DNA of 63,777 nucleotides, the filler included, from Planctomycetota bacterium (lineage in GTDB: Bacteria; Planctomycetota; Planctomycetia; JALXBF01), in assembly GCA_026991575.1 (NCBI GenBank). It is 4 parts of 4 records of this genome, joined end to end, with 100 filler letters (N's around TTAATTAATTAA, not from the genome) between each part and the next. Parts side by side here need not be neighbours in the genome. Positions count along the whole stretch, not along the records: positions 25,165 to 49,766 come from JALXBF010000037.1; 3 more parts are not named here. One strand, given 5' to 3'. The notes under the pieces are model-generated. The model saw only the letters and a program-made list of their open reading frames with translations, was not told the origin of the DNA and did not search any database. The position numbers and the translations under genes were made by a program. Positions 30,089 through 40,523 of the stretch are shown piece by piece (within the stretch, counting starts at the first letter, position 1; the number at the start of each line of letters is the position of its first letter).

Positions 30089-31837
30089 TCACTCCTGGAG
30101 CACCGGATCCGTCTGGCCTGCCAGCCAGCGGGCCAAGACCTTGATCTGGACGTCGGTCATCTTGCCCGCAAAGGCCGGCATTTCCGCTTCGTCGCCGTAG
30201 AACTTCTCGGCCGCCGGATTGCGGATGAACTCCTCGATCCACTGAGCCGATCCATACCCGGTAAAGTCCGGCCCCTTAACGTTGAATCCCCCCTCCCCCT
30301 CGTACGTGTGGCACTCGATGCACCACGCGTCGAACGCTTCGTAGCCGAGCGCAAAGGGGGACTCGTCCTCCTCCTCGGGCACCCCTGTCGGGTGACCTGC
30401 CAGCCAGCGAACAGCTTGCCGGATCTCTTCCCGTTCGTCCTCGGTCGCTTCCGCCAGCGTCTCTTGACTCCATTCGGCCATTTCTCGGTGTTTCGTATGC
30501 CCCAGGAAGCGAGGATCGTCCGGCTTCTGCACCAGGCCCCAGATCCACTCCTCGGTGCCGAATCCTTTCAAGTCCGCTGCCTTTGGCTCCTTGGCCCACT
30601 GACCGCCGTACGGATGGCACGCGGCGCAGTGCTGGCGGTAGAGGATCGGGCCCATGATCACAGGGTCACGCTCTAAGAGCTCGGCCGGACCCGCCGGCGG
30701 CACGCCGAACTCGGCCAACGTCGCCGCCCGCCGTGCAACCCGTTCCAACTCGGTCAACACTGCCTGATGCTCAGCATCCGCCGCATCGCGCTGAAGCGGC
30801 AACCACGTCAGCAGCCCGCCGCCTGCCACCAGAACCGCGGCCGTCACCACGGCCAGCACGCGGGCCACCACCGCTCCCATCACGCGATGGAGCGCCGGCA
30901 GGAGAATCAGCCAGCCGAGGATGGCAACCGGGATAACCCCTGTGGCAACGAACTCCATCGGCCCGGTGAAATAGCGGCGCAGCTCAAACAGGGCCAGGAA
31001 ATACCACTCCGGCCGCGGCGAGTTGGGCAGGCCAGGGTGAGCGGGGGGGCCCAAGGGAACCGGCCGCGTAACCGCCAGGTACAGCAAGCCGCCCATCAGC
31101 ATGGCGAACGCTACCGCGTTCCAGGCACTCTGGTACGGGAAGTAGCTCGCCGCGACGCTCTGCGCATCCGCACCGGCAGCGGTCGCTTCACGCCGATCAG
31201 CATGCGAGATCTGGCCAAGATGCACCATCCCCAGGACCAGCCCCACCAGCGGCAGCAGCGCGACGTGGACCATGAAGAAGGTGCTCAGAGCCCGCTGGCC
31301 CAGCTCTGTTCCGCCAACAATCAGACGCTGAAGCATCGGGCCGAGCACCGGCATTGAGCCAACGATGTGCGTCTCGACCTGCGCCTGCCCTAGCTCCTTT
31401 TGCCCCCATGGCAACAAGTTACCCGACGCGGCCAGCATCAGCACAACGGGAGCCAGCAGCAGACCGGTGATCCACGCCCAGTGGTATGGCGGTCGGAACC
31501 GACCCGACACCAGCACGCGGACCAGATGCACGGCCAGCACGATGATCATGGCGTGCGCAGCATAGTAGTGCAGCGCCCGGACGACGGCGCCGTAGTCCAC
31601 CCGGTGCTGGATATACCAGACGCTAGGCCACGCATCCGTGGTCGAAGGGGTGTAGACCGTCATCAGTGTCAGGCCCGTCAGCAGCTGAACGCCAGCCAGG
31701 CCTAACAGCAGTGCCCCGGTCGTGCGCCACCAGCGAGCACCACCGGTCAACGGACGATTGCGCCACTCATGCCAGAAGGCGGACACAGCTATGCTCCTGA
31801 AGGCAGGGTCGTGTCGGCAAGGGGGGGTGTCGCTCAA
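30089..31837 (-). CDS. Cytochrome b fused to a C-terminal diheme cytochrome c
   Basis: Heme b His pairs, LPWGQ, PEWY motif, then CAACH and CIECH. Confidence 0.9.
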   Translation of the reverse strand: MSDTPPCRHDPAFRSIAVSAFWHEWRNRPLTGGARWWRTTGALLLGLAGVQLLTGLTLMTVYTPSTTDAWPSVWYIQHRVDYGAVVRALHYYAAHAMIIVLAVHLVRVLVSGRFRPPYHWAWITGLLLAPVVLMLAASGNLLPWGQKELGQAQVETHIVGSMPVLGPMLQRLIVGGTELGQRALSTFFMVHVALLPLVGLVLGMVHLGQISHADRREATAAGADAQSVAASYFPYQSAWNAVAFAMLMGGLLYLAVTRPVPLGPPAHPGLPNSPRPEWYFLALFELRRYFTGPMEFVATGVIPVAILGWLILLPALHRVMGAVVARVLAVVTAAVLVAGGGLLTWLPLQRDAADAEHQAVLTELERVARRAATLAEFGVPPAGPAELLERDPVIMGPILYRQHCAACHPYGGQWAKEPKAADLKGFGTEEWIWGLVQKPDDPRFLGHTKHREMAEWSQETLAEATEDEREEIRQAVRWLAGHPTGVPEEEDESPFALGYEAFDAWCIECHTYEGEGGFNVKGPDFTGYGSAQWIEEFIRNPAAEKFYGDEAEMPAFAGKMTDVQIKVLARWLAGQTDPVLQE

Positions 31838-32406
31838 GCCACGGGCACCCGCTCAGGCCTGCCCAGCTCGAATCGCACGTACTCGACCTCCAGCCACAGC
31901 TCACCCGTCTCATCCTCGACCAGCGACCATTTCAGCGGATCCATCCCGCGTGGCACCGGGTTCTGGTAGCCGAGCTCCTTGGAAGGCACCGGCTCCCCGT
32001 CCAACGTGAACACGCCGGCATGACAGGGACAGACAAAGCGCCGCTTCTCCGGATCGTGGTTCACGGTGCAGCCTAGATGAGGGCACGTGGCCGAGAAGAC
32101 GCGGAGACGAGCATGGTCTGCGTCGGTTGCGTCATTGTCGCGGATCACCCACACCTGGCCCAGGATTCGGCTCGGGTATACCTTCCACGCATCGACCTGT
32201 CGGCCGCGGAGTACAAAGGGCGTTGGCTCGCCGACCGGCAACTCGGCGAGCCGAGCGAGGCGGTATCGTTTCGGCCCTGTCTCCTCGCGTCTGCGGAGCG
32301 GGTCGGCCAGGAAGCGGACGTTGGGGACCAGTGCCGCAACGGCAGAGGCCGCCGCGACGATGCGGCTGAACAGCGCCAGCAACATTCGGCGGGTCATAAC
32401 TGTCAC
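31834..32406 (-). CDS. Rieske 2Fe-2S subunit
   Basis: TRRML Tat anchor, CPHLGC and CPCH boxes; 4-nt overlap with cytochrome b. Confidence 0.95.
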   Translation of the reverse strand: MTVMTRRMLLALFSRIVAAASAVAALVPNVRFLADPLRRREETGPKRYRLARLAELPVGEPTPFVLRGRQVDAWKVYPSRILGQVWVIRDNDATDADHARLRVFSATCPHLGCTVNHDPEKRRFVCPCHAGVFTLDGEPVPSKELGYQNPVPRGMDPLKWSLVEDETGELWLEVEYVRFELGRPERVPVA

Positions 32407-32829
32407 CTTGTCAAGCTACGTCGCCGTAGCGGCGAACCGTTGACCGTTCTCGATAGTCCAGCGCATCAATCGACATTATCGTATCACGTTCCCTACTGGC
32501 TCGAACCGCCGGACCACCACGCACGCCGACAGGCGCCCTGCAACGGCGCGCGCGCTGCCCGTGTCGCGTCGGTAGCACGGCGCTGCCGCCGCCGCTGGCC
32601 CTCAGGGCACCTTCCCTCGACCGCCGCTTCCGCCTCAGGTTTCGCTAAGCTAGTGACAGGATGTGTGCCTAACCGCGGCCACAGGCTATGGGCCTGACCG
32701 CAGTTGCAGGCTCCTAACCCTCTCAGCAAGAGGGGCAGTAACGGCTGACGGCATGCGCGCCGGAGTCGTCACTCCAGGTGCGGGCTACCGGAACACGGCG
32801 CGGTCGATGGCCCAGCGGGAGATCCGAAC

Positions 32830-34149
32830 ATGCGGCCGAATGTGACGCGACGACAGTTCGTCTCGGGTTGTGTCGCAGCGACGGCGGCTGCTTGGGCAGC
32901 GTCGGGCAAAGCGGCGCCATCGGAGCGAGTGCGCGTGGGCGTGATGGGAATTCGAGCCCGAGGGCTACGGCTGGTTGAACTGTTTGCACGCAATCCGTAC
33001 GCAGAGGTGGTTGGGATTGCTGACGTTGACCGCCGCCTGCTGCCACGGGCTCAGGCGAAGGCCGCTGCGTACCAGGATCGTCCTCCGTACACAACGCAGG
33101 ATTTCCGGCGCCTGATTGATGACCGCTCCATTGATGCTCTGGTCATCGCGACACCGGATCACTGGCACGCTATACCCACGATCCTTGCTTGCATGGCCGG
33201 CAAGGACGTGTACGTCGAGAAGCCCGCCAGCCACAACATCGTCGAGGCGGAGCGGATGGTGCAAGCGATGCGTAAGTACGGTCGGGTGGTTCAGATGGGC
33301 TCACAGCATCGCAGCACCGAGCGGCTCAAGAGCGCGCTTGCGTATGCCCGCTCCGGGGCTCTGGGACGGTGCCTGTTCGCAAAAGGCTGGGAAAGTGCCC
33401 GGCAGCGCTCGCTGGGCCACCCGCCCGACGGCGAACCGCCGGCTGGGGTCGACTACGACATGTGGCTTGGGCCGGCGCCGCTGCGGCCGTTCAACCCGGC
33501 CCGCTTCCACGGCAACTGGCGGTGGTTCTATGACTATGGCACCGGTGACCTGGGCAACGACGGCGTGCACCGCATCGACATGGCACTGGCCGTACTGGAA
33601 GCCGCCTCAGAAGCGTCCGGCGAAGGCCCGCTAGGATGGCCCACCGGAATCCATGCCGCCGGTGGCAAGTGGTACTTCGACGATATCCAGGAGTTCCCTG
33701 ACACACTGCAGGTGACGTACACGTTCCCGGGACCGCATCCGAAGGTCGTGACGTACGAGATGCGCATCTGGGCGCCGTACCGGATGGAACAGGAGCACGA
33801 GGGAGCTGCGGTCTACGGCGACCAGGGCTACATCGTGATCGGCAACAATGGCTGGCGTGCGTACACGCGGGACAACAAGCTGGTACGGGAAGTCAAGGGC
33901 GACAGTGACGCAACGCCCCACGTGCAGGACTTCATCGACTGCATCAAAACGCGGAAACGGCCGGCCTGCGACCTGGAGACGATCGGCCTGCGGGCCACGG
34001 TCATGTGCCATGCGGGGAATATCTCCGCGAGGCTGGGCCGATCGTTGCGGCTTGATCCGCACACGCTTACGTTTGTGGGCGACGCCGAAGCGAACCGATT
34101 GCGCGACCGGCCCGAGTGGCGCAAGCCGTGGGTTCTGCCCGAAGTGTAG
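32830..34149 (+). CDS. Gfo/Idh/MocA oxidoreductase, Tat-exported
   Basis: TRRQF, ATPDHWH, VEKP, WLGPAP. Confidence 0.92.
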   Translation: MRPNVTRRQFVSGCVAATAAAWAASGKAAPSERVRVGVMGIRARGLRLVELFARNPYAEVVGIADVDRRLLPRAQAKAAAYQDRPPYTTQDFRRLIDDRSIDALVIATPDHWHAIPTILACMAGKDVYVEKPASHNIVEAERMVQAMRKYGRVVQMGSQHRSTERLKSALAYARSGALGRCLFAKGWESARQRSLGHPPDGEPPAGVDYDMWLGPAPLRPFNPARFHGNWRWFYDYGTGDLGNDGVHRIDMALAVLEAASEASGEGPLGWPTGIHAAGGKWYFDDIQEFPDTLQVTYTFPGPHPKVVTYEMRIWAPYRMEQEHEGAAVYGDQGYIVIGNNGWRAYTRDNKLVREVKGDSDATPHVQDFIDCIKTRKRPACDLETIGLRATVMCHAGNISARLGRSLRLDPHTLTFVGDAEANRLRDRPEWRKPWVLPEV

Positions 34150-34161
34150 CCAGGTGTCAGA

Positions 34162-35775
34162 TCAATGGCTGGTCACGACCGCGCGAAGCGCCTCGACCGC
34201 CTGGCCGCGCAGCTGCTCTAGGGGCGCTGCGGCGTCCAGCCGCCACACGTCGGACCGGGTCAGGTCGCTGGCCAGGGCAAACAGCGCATACTGTCGGGTG
34301 ACGATCTCGGGGCGAGCATCTGAAATGTCTGTGCCACGGGCACGGCGCGCGGCCACACGCCCGATGGCAACCGTGGCTGGCGCTGCGCAGTAGAGGAAGC
34401 AGTACTCGATGTTTGATTCGCGGGCCGCCCGACGCAGCGCGTCGCGCTGCCAGCGGTGAGCAAACGTCGCATCCACCACCACACTCGTGCGCCAGTCACG
34501 TGCGCAGCGAAGCGCCCGTCGAAGCAGCTCCTGGTAGACGCGACGGGTGAACGACGGCGCGTAGAGCCCTGCCTCGTACGCGGCGTCCGGATCCCGCCGC
34601 CCGGCCAATTGCTGACGGACCACGTCGCTTCGCAGCACCGGCGCGCCGACTGCCCCGGCCAGCTCGTAGGCTAGTGTCGTCTTGCCTGTACCCGACGGCC
34701 CGATGACCGCAACGATGAGCGGCCGGTGGTAGGCGTGGTCGTAGTAGGCAGCCAGCTCCGCATAGCGGCGCGCGGTCGAGCGGTCGCGCTGGGCAGCTGT
34801 AGGATCGCGCTCCTGGGCGGCGCGCAACAGCGCAACTTTCGCACGCACGAGCGCCCGATACGCCTTGTAATAGGCCAACAGCGGCCTATCCAGCACGCCA
34901 GGGTACCGTCGGGCAAAGCGCCCGATCAGCCGCTCGGCTAGCTGCGGATGACCGGCAGCATCCAGCTCCATAGCCAGGAAGGCAAGGTCGTTGAGTACGT
35001 CGGCGGCACGAAACGCTTCGGAGAACTCCACACAGTCGTACACCACGGGCGGCTCTGTCAGGCAGATGTGCTCCGGCCGCAGGTCGCCGTGGCCCTCGCA
35101 CACCCAGCCCTCGCGCAGCCGCCGCTGGAACACGTCCGACCTCACCGTCGGGAACTGAAGCTGCGCCGACTCCAGACGCCGCAACAGATCGCACCCGAAC
35201 AGGTCAGGGTTCCTCAGGAGTTGCTCAAGGTTGTCCGCCGCGTTAGCCCGGACCGCTTGCGGCTCGGCGTACTGGTCCAGCCGTTCGGACCGCCGTGCGG
35301 AGCGGTAAAAATCGGCCAGAAGTTCCGCCAGCTGGTCGATTTGACGCATCTGAACCCGCCCCGCAGCAAGCAGCCGATCCATCATCCGGTCCTCTGGAAG
35401 CCGGCGCATGACGACCGCATACTCGATCGTCTCGCCACCAACGTTGCCGACACGGATCCGGCCCGTGCGGTCACGCTGGATCGGCCACACGCCCAGGTAG
35501 ACGTTCGGCGCCAGGCGCCGGTTCAGCCGCAGCTCGGCCTCGGCTGCTTGCCGTCGCTTCTGGAGTGTGCTGAAGTCCAGGAACGAGAACCGCACCGGTT
35601 TCTTGACCTTGTAGACGAGCTTCGGAGTCAAGAACACCCATGAGATGTGCGTCTCGCGCAGCTCGATGCTGGCAGGCCGATCCGGGTAGCTCGCCGGGTC
35701 GAGCAGAGCGCGTAGCAGCTCGCTGTTCGGCTCCCTCGTGTGCGGTTTCGCACGCAGCGGTGCCTCCGCCCACAT
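34162..35775 (-). CDS. Bifunctional phosphotransferase / AAA_33 P-loop kinase
   Basis: ETHISW, KVKKPV, HGDL, DCVEF; C-terminal GPSGTGKTT and DATF. Confidence 0.9.
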   Translation of the reverse strand: MWAEAPLRAKPHTREPNSELLRALLDPASYPDRPASIELRETHISWVFLTPKLVYKVKKPVRFSFLDFSTLQKRRQAAEAELRLNRRLAPNVYLGVWPIQRDRTGRIRVGNVGGETIEYAVVMRRLPEDRMMDRLLAAGRVQMRQIDQLAELLADFYRSARRSERLDQYAEPQAVRANAADNLEQLLRNPDLFGCDLLRRLESAQLQFPTVRSDVFQRRLREGWVCEGHGDLRPEHICLTEPPVVYDCVEFSEAFRAADVLNDLAFLAMELDAAGHPQLAERLIGRFARRYPGVLDRPLLAYYKAYRALVRAKVALLRAAQERDPTAAQRDRSTARRYAELAAYYDHAYHRPLIVAVIGPSGTGKTTLAYELAGAVGAPVLRSDVVRQQLAGRRDPDAAYEAGLYAPSFTRRVYQELLRRALRCARDWRTSVVVDATFAHRWQRDALRRAARESNIEYCFLYCAAPATVAIGRVAARRARGTDISDARPEIVTRQYALFALASDLTRSDVWRLDAAAPLEQLRGQAVEALRAVVTSH

Positions 35776-35972
35776 CACTCACCTCCCCCGGCCCGAGGGC
35801 CGGCCACTGTCGGGCTGCCGCGGTAACCCCGTGTGGCCATTGTGCAAACGGTGTTCCGCACGCTGCCCCGCACCGGTACGGCATCCGCTATGCTTAAAGC
35901 TGATGGTGCAGCCCGGTCGCTAGCCGACGGGGACACTGACAGGCGCAGGCAAGATGCGGAAAGGAGAAACGC

Positions 35973-36710
35973 ATGGCCGACTACCGTGCTCGAAGCAGAG
36001 CGGAGTTGGAAGCCATTGCGCGCGCGGCCGAAAGCCAGCTCCGGCGCGCCGAATTCCTCCGCCGCCTCCAACAGACGGCCCAGACCGAACCAACGCCTCA
36101 GGCAATCGCCGAGCAGGTGCAGCCTTACATCGCACTGTCGCGGGAAGCAGGCGTGCCTGCCCGTGAGATTGCCGAAGAGATCAGCAAGCAGACGGGCATG
36201 CCGGTCTGGGACAAGGAGCTGCTGGAGTACATGGCCCAGTCACGCAACCTGCCGAGCACGGTGCTGGAAACGCTGGATGAGACAACGGCCAACTGGATGG
36301 TGGACGTCGTCTACAAGTGGCTCGACCAGAAGGCCATCACCCATGAGCAGTACGTGCACCTGCTGACGCAGACAATCATCCTGCTGGCCTGCGAGCGACC
36401 GGGCATCTTCATCGGGCGGGGTGCTCAGTTCATCCTGCCCAGGGACCGTGGGATAGCCATCCGGCTAGTCGCCCCCGAGCGGCATCGCATCGAGTGGGCA
36501 ATGCAGGCGCTGCAGCGCAAACGAGAGGAGGCGGCTCAATGGGTGGCCGAAACGGAGCGGGCCCGAAATGGTTTCATTCGCACCTACTTCCACGCCGAGC
36601 CGAACGACCCGCACATCTATGACGCACTGCTGAACGTGGCACGGCCCGGTGTGATGAAGACTGCCGAGATCATCCTTGCGCTGTTTCGCTCCCTCGTTCC
36701 GCAAGGCTGA
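35973..36710 (+). CDS. Cytidylate-kinase-like family protein
   Basis: IALSREAG, WDKELL, IGRGAQFILP, YDALLN; AAGGAG RBS. Confidence 0.85.
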   Translation: MADYRARSRAELEAIARAAESQLRRAEFLRRLQQTAQTEPTPQAIAEQVQPYIALSREAGVPAREIAEEISKQTGMPVWDKELLEYMAQSRNLPSTVLETLDETTANWMVDVVYKWLDQKAITHEQYVHLLTQTIILLACERPGIFIGRGAQFILPRDRGIAIRLVAPERHRIEWAMQALQRKREEAAQWVAETERARNGFIRTYFHAEPNDPHIYDALLNVARPGVMKTAEIILALFRSLVPQG

Positions 36711-36944
36711 CGCGGTGACCTCCACTTGGTAGCCATCCCCGAGCCGCCCTAACCTGCCGGCCGGCCTTCGGACAACGGCAAGCGGCGGATGCCCGAGTCG
36801 GCCCAATGGCCGCCGCCACAGGCCATCCACGCCAGGGTTCTACGGCGGCCGCACCGCCCGGCACGCCGCGTCGCGGGCCGTGACCAGGGCATGAGCCTCG
36901 ATGAAAGCAAGCTCCCATCTACCTCGTGACGGCTGCTGTAGCGT

Positions 36945-37415
36945 TCAGGGCATGACGAATTCATGTTCCGGGTGCCGGACCGTCAGCACCGGGCACGGGG
37001 CCTTGCGCACCACGCGGTCCGCGACGCTGCCCAGCAGGATGTGGGCGATCGGCCCGCGGCCGTGGGTTCCGATGACGATCAGATCAATCTCTTCGTCGCG
37101 CGCGTACCGCACGATCTCAACAAACGGCGTACCGGTCTTCAGGACCAGTTTGGCGTCGAACTTGGTGCGCTCGTCATCGGAGAGGGTCTCTTCGAGCCGT
37201 TGCCGGGCGCGCTTCTCCAGCTCCTCACGCACGCTTTGCAGTGCCGGGATATAGCCTTCGGTGGTCCAGGCCGGCACTACCGGTTCCTCGAACACGTGCA
37301 ACACGTGCAGCTGAGCGTTGAACGCCTCGGCGAACGCTTTGCCATAGCGGAGCGCCACTTCGGCTGCTTCGCTGAAGTCGACCGGCACGAGAATCTTTTT
37401 CAGGTCGATCGTCAT
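36945..37415 (-). CDS. Universal stress protein
   Basis: ILVPVDFS, DLIVIGTHGRG, LLGSVADRVVRKAPCPVLTV. Confidence 0.95.
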   Translation of the reverse strand: MTIDLKKILVPVDFSEAAEVALRYGKAFAEAFNAQLHVLHVFEEPVVPAWTTEGYIPALQSVREELEKRARQRLEETLSDDERTKFDAKLVLKTGTPFVEIVRYARDEEIDLIVIGTHGRGPIAHILLGSVADRVVRKAPCPVLTVRHPEHEFVMP

Positions 37416-37454
37416 TGCAGCTACCTCCTTTCGCGGGCGCCACGCCCGCGGGCA

Positions 37455-37934
37455 TCAAGTGGTAAGAAGCAAGGCCGGTTCAACGAGCCAGCGCAGCTTG
37501 CCGCTTCCCTGAGCCACAGGCAGGTCGGTCTCAACCAGCGCAAGCCCCCCCTTTTTCAGCTCGATCCGCGCTGATGCTGACGAGATCAGCGCACCGACAA
37601 TCGAGCTGAAGTCTGGCTCGTGTCCGACTAACAGCACCGATTCATCGGCCGCACGGCCCTCGAGCACATGCTGCAGATCGCCCAGCGACGCGCCCGGAGC
37701 GAGCTCCTCACGCTGCACCACCGCTACCTCCGGCACCAACACCTCCGCAACAATCTCGGCCGTCTGCACCGCTCGCGGCAGGGGACTGGTGAAGATCGCA
37801 TCCGGGCGTACGTCCAGCGCCTTCAGCACGGCCGCCTCCGCACGGATCCGATTCGCCCCTTCACCGGTCAGTGTTCGGGACCAGTCGTCGCCGCTGGTCG
37901 TCGCTTCGCCGTGTCGCAAGAAGTACAGCAGCAT
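37455..37934 (-). CDS. sixA: Phosphohistidine phosphatase SixA
   Basis: RHGEA, SP..RA.QTA, VGHEP. Confidence 0.9.
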   Translation of the reverse strand: MLLYFLRHGEATTSGDDWSRTLTGEGANRIRAEAAVLKALDVRPDAIFTSPLPRAVQTAEIVAEVLVPEVAVVQREELAPGASLGDLQHVLEGRAADESVLLVGHEPDFSSIVGALISSASARIELKKGGLALVETDLPVAQGSGKLRWLVEPALLLTT

Positions 37935-38065
37935 GGTCTGCTCCGCTCTCGTCTACAGGCCGTCCTGCAGCAGTCCGCCTGTTCCCTAGGATACGACAAG
38001 CAACTCGCGTGCCCAAGCCTCGGCCCTCCGCCCACCGGCCCGCGGCACAATTCGTCTTCGCCGAC

Positions 38066-39175
38066 CTAGCTACGCGGTTTCAAGAATTGCACGACAAGGA
38101 AGAGGACCAGAACGACGACCAGCCCGCCGACCAGCGCGGGGGCGGCAGCAAAGCCGAAGGATTCCAGCGCGACCGCCGTGGGTACCAGCAGCAGCAGGAG
38201 CCACAGCAGGCCGCAGCCCCACATGGTCATGGTCGCTTTGAACTGCGTCTCGGGCGAAGCCACGCCCTCCGTCACCGGCTCAGTTCGCTTCCGTTCCATG
38301 CTGTACCGCGCTGCCTCTAGCACAGCCATCGCGGCCAGGGCCGCATCCCAGTTTGCCGGCGGGTCCCCCTGGCCGGCAGCTGCCCGCATGAACTGAGTCA
38401 GAAACTGCTCCTCGGCCAACGCCGGCTCGTGCCGTCGATCCACTTCACCAGGCACCTGCTCTGCGAGACCGTCCTCGAAACGGCAAGCCCGCGCCACGGT
38501 CCACCGGCAGATGGTGGCCTGTGCGGTGCGCAGCGTGAGGCGAACGCGGGCCGCGTCCGCTTGCCGCACGATCAGCTTCAAGGCATGCTGCTCGGACACG
38601 AACCCGCGTAGCTCCAGCTCGCCCGTGGGCTGCTCGGTCGCAAGTACCTCCCTGGGCCGGAACCCCAGCTCAGCCGCGACCCCGATGAGCTGAGCAAGGC
38701 TCGGGTCGGCAAGCAGCGGCCGCTGGGTTGCCGTGTCCAGTTCGATCTCAAGCACGGCCCCCTCAGCAGAGCTCACCCGTCGCGCTCGCGCAGCAAATCG
38801 CTCGCAGCACGGATCTGCGAGCATCGGCCAATATGGCACCAATTGCGCGCCAGTCTCCTGGGCAATCACGCCCAGCTCATAGTGCACGTCGGCAGACGGA
38901 TCCAGGGGCACTTCCGTCAGTACAGGCAGACCCGCCTGGACTGCCTGGCGCACGGCCTCGTGCGTCGCCGCCGCTGCGACCCGACCACCTACCACCACCG
39001 CGGCCCCGACGTCCGCCTCAGCCAGTAGCTGATTGATCGAGGCGACGAGCTCCGGCAACGGGACCTCGGGCCCAGGCAACGCCAGCTCGAGCGTGGCAGT
39101 CCCGAAGCAGGCGCGACGCAGCAGGTCGCGCACCCGCCCGCGCTCGCTGTCGCTGCCGATTAACACTACCTTCAT
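38066..39175 (-). CDS. Divergent Gfo/Idh/MocA-like protein with two C-terminal TM helices
   Basis: MKVVLIG Rossmann-like start, GLPVLTEVP (degenerate EKP), hydrophobic tail. Confidence 0.55.
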   Translation of the reverse strand: MKVVLIGSDSERGRVRDLLRRACFGTATLELALPGPEVPLPELVASINQLLAEADVGAAVVVGGRVAAAATHEAVRQAVQAGLPVLTEVPLDPSADVHYELGVIAQETGAQLVPYWPMLADPCCERFAARARRVSSAEGAVLEIELDTATQRPLLADPSLAQLIGVAAELGFRPREVLATEQPTGELELRGFVSEQHALKLIVRQADAARVRLTLRTAQATICRWTVARACRFEDGLAEQVPGEVDRRHEPALAEEQFLTQFMRAAAGQGDPPANWDAALAAMAVLEAARYSMERKRTEPVTEGVASPETQFKATMTMWGCGLLWLLLLLVPTAVALESFGFAAAPALVGGLVVVLVLFLVVQFLKPRS

Positions 39176-39334
39176 GGTGCCGCCAACAAAGGAGACCGGC
39201 CGGGTGGTAACGGTTGGCTGCCACTCAGACCGCTCGGGGGCAGTAACCAGTCGCAACCCCTGCCGGCCCGCGGATCGATCAGCCACCGGCTACTATCATA
39301 GGAGTACACCAGAGAATGCACCGTGGAGGTCAGC

Positions 39335-40279
39335 ATGCTGGGGCAACTCAGATCGGCTGTGCTGTTGCTCTGTGGACTTTGTCTGTCCGCGTTTGCCTTC
39401 CTGCCCGCTTCGATCGCCGGCGAGGTCAAGCTCGCACGGGACGAAGCGGGCAACGTTCGCTGCACGATCGACGGGAAGCTATTCACGGTCTACAGGGTGC
39501 AGCCGGACCAGCCGAAGCCGTTCTTCTACCCGGTGATCGGACCGGCCGGCAAGCCGATGACCTACGTGTTCCCCCCCGTCAGGCCCAGGCGGGGCGAGTA
39601 CCATCCGCATCATCGTAGCGTGTGGATCGCCGTCGACGAGGTCAACGGGGTCGACTTCTGGGCGGAGCGCGGCAAGATCGTCAACCGCGAGATCCGCATC
39701 GACGTTGCGTCAGGAAACCCGGCCGTGTTCGTCGCCGTCAACGACTGGCTGGGCCCCAACGGCAAACCGGTCGTTCGGGAGCGGACCCGGTTCGCCATCT
39801 ATGCTGACCGAATGATCGGCGTGAAGCTGACCTTTGAAGCCGCGTACCGAGACGTCACCTTCTACGACACAAAAGAAGGGCTTTTCGGCGTGCGCGTCAA
39901 TCCGCAGATACGCGAGCGGACGGGCGGCGGCACGATTGTCAATGCCCGGGGCGAGCGGGGTGAGCGGAACTGTTGGGGCAAGAGGGCACCGTGGGTGGAC
40001 TACTACGGGCGCATTGATGGTGTATTGCAGGGAATCGCGATGTTTGATCACCCGGAGAACTTCCGTCCTGGCCGCTGGCACGTCCGCGGCTATGGGCTGT
40101 TCGCGGTGAACCCCTTCGGTGAGCGGGCCTACACGCGGGGCAAGTTGCCGCCGGCTCCCGTGAAGCTGCCCCGGGGCAAAACGCTCACGCTCCGGTACGG
40201 CGTGTACTTCCACAACGGCGGTCCGGAGGAAGGGAAGGTCGCCGAACGGTACCGCGCGTTCGTCGAGCAGCTGCGTTAG
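39335..40279 (+). CDS. Secreted DUF6807 / 'PmoA-family' (PF14100-like) protein
   Basis: Signal peptide; KPFFYP, HPHHRS.W, KEG..GVR, DHPEN, WHVRGYG. Confidence 0.8.
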   Translation: MLGQLRSAVLLLCGLCLSAFAFLPASIAGEVKLARDEAGNVRCTIDGKLFTVYRVQPDQPKPFFYPVIGPAGKPMTYVFPPVRPRRGEYHPHHRSVWIAVDEVNGVDFWAERGKIVNREIRIDVASGNPAVFVAVNDWLGPNGKPVVRERTRFAIYADRMIGVKLTFEAAYRDVTFYDTKEGLFGVRVNPQIRERTGGGTIVNARGERGERNCWGKRAPWVDYYGRIDGVLQGIAMFDHPENFRPGRWHVRGYGLFAVNPFGERAYTRGKLPPAPVKLPRGKTLTLRYGVYFHNGGPEEGKVAERYRAFVEQLR

Positions 40280-40523
40280 TAGACGGCCCCGCGCTGCGGT
40301 ACTGCCCGCGTTGCATCCCCCCCCTAGGGACGATGACCCGGGGTTCCTGACGAAGCCGCGTCTGAAGCGTCGCGGCGGCAAGCGAACGGACACGTGGCTA
40401 GTAGTACCGGTTGCCGTGCCCGCGGCTCATTGCGGCACCGTCCAAGACAAACGTGGCCCGCAGCAGCGGGCCACGCGTCGAGTCAGGGAACGCAGCTGCA
40501 ACCGGTCCTCAATTTGAACCTCT

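Noticed and set aside
39335..40279. 'PmoA' family label suggesting methane oxidation near C1 genes
   Set aside because: This is a soluble secreted protein without the multi-TM structure of true pMMO subunit A; no pmoB or pmoC; on a different contig from fhcCD.
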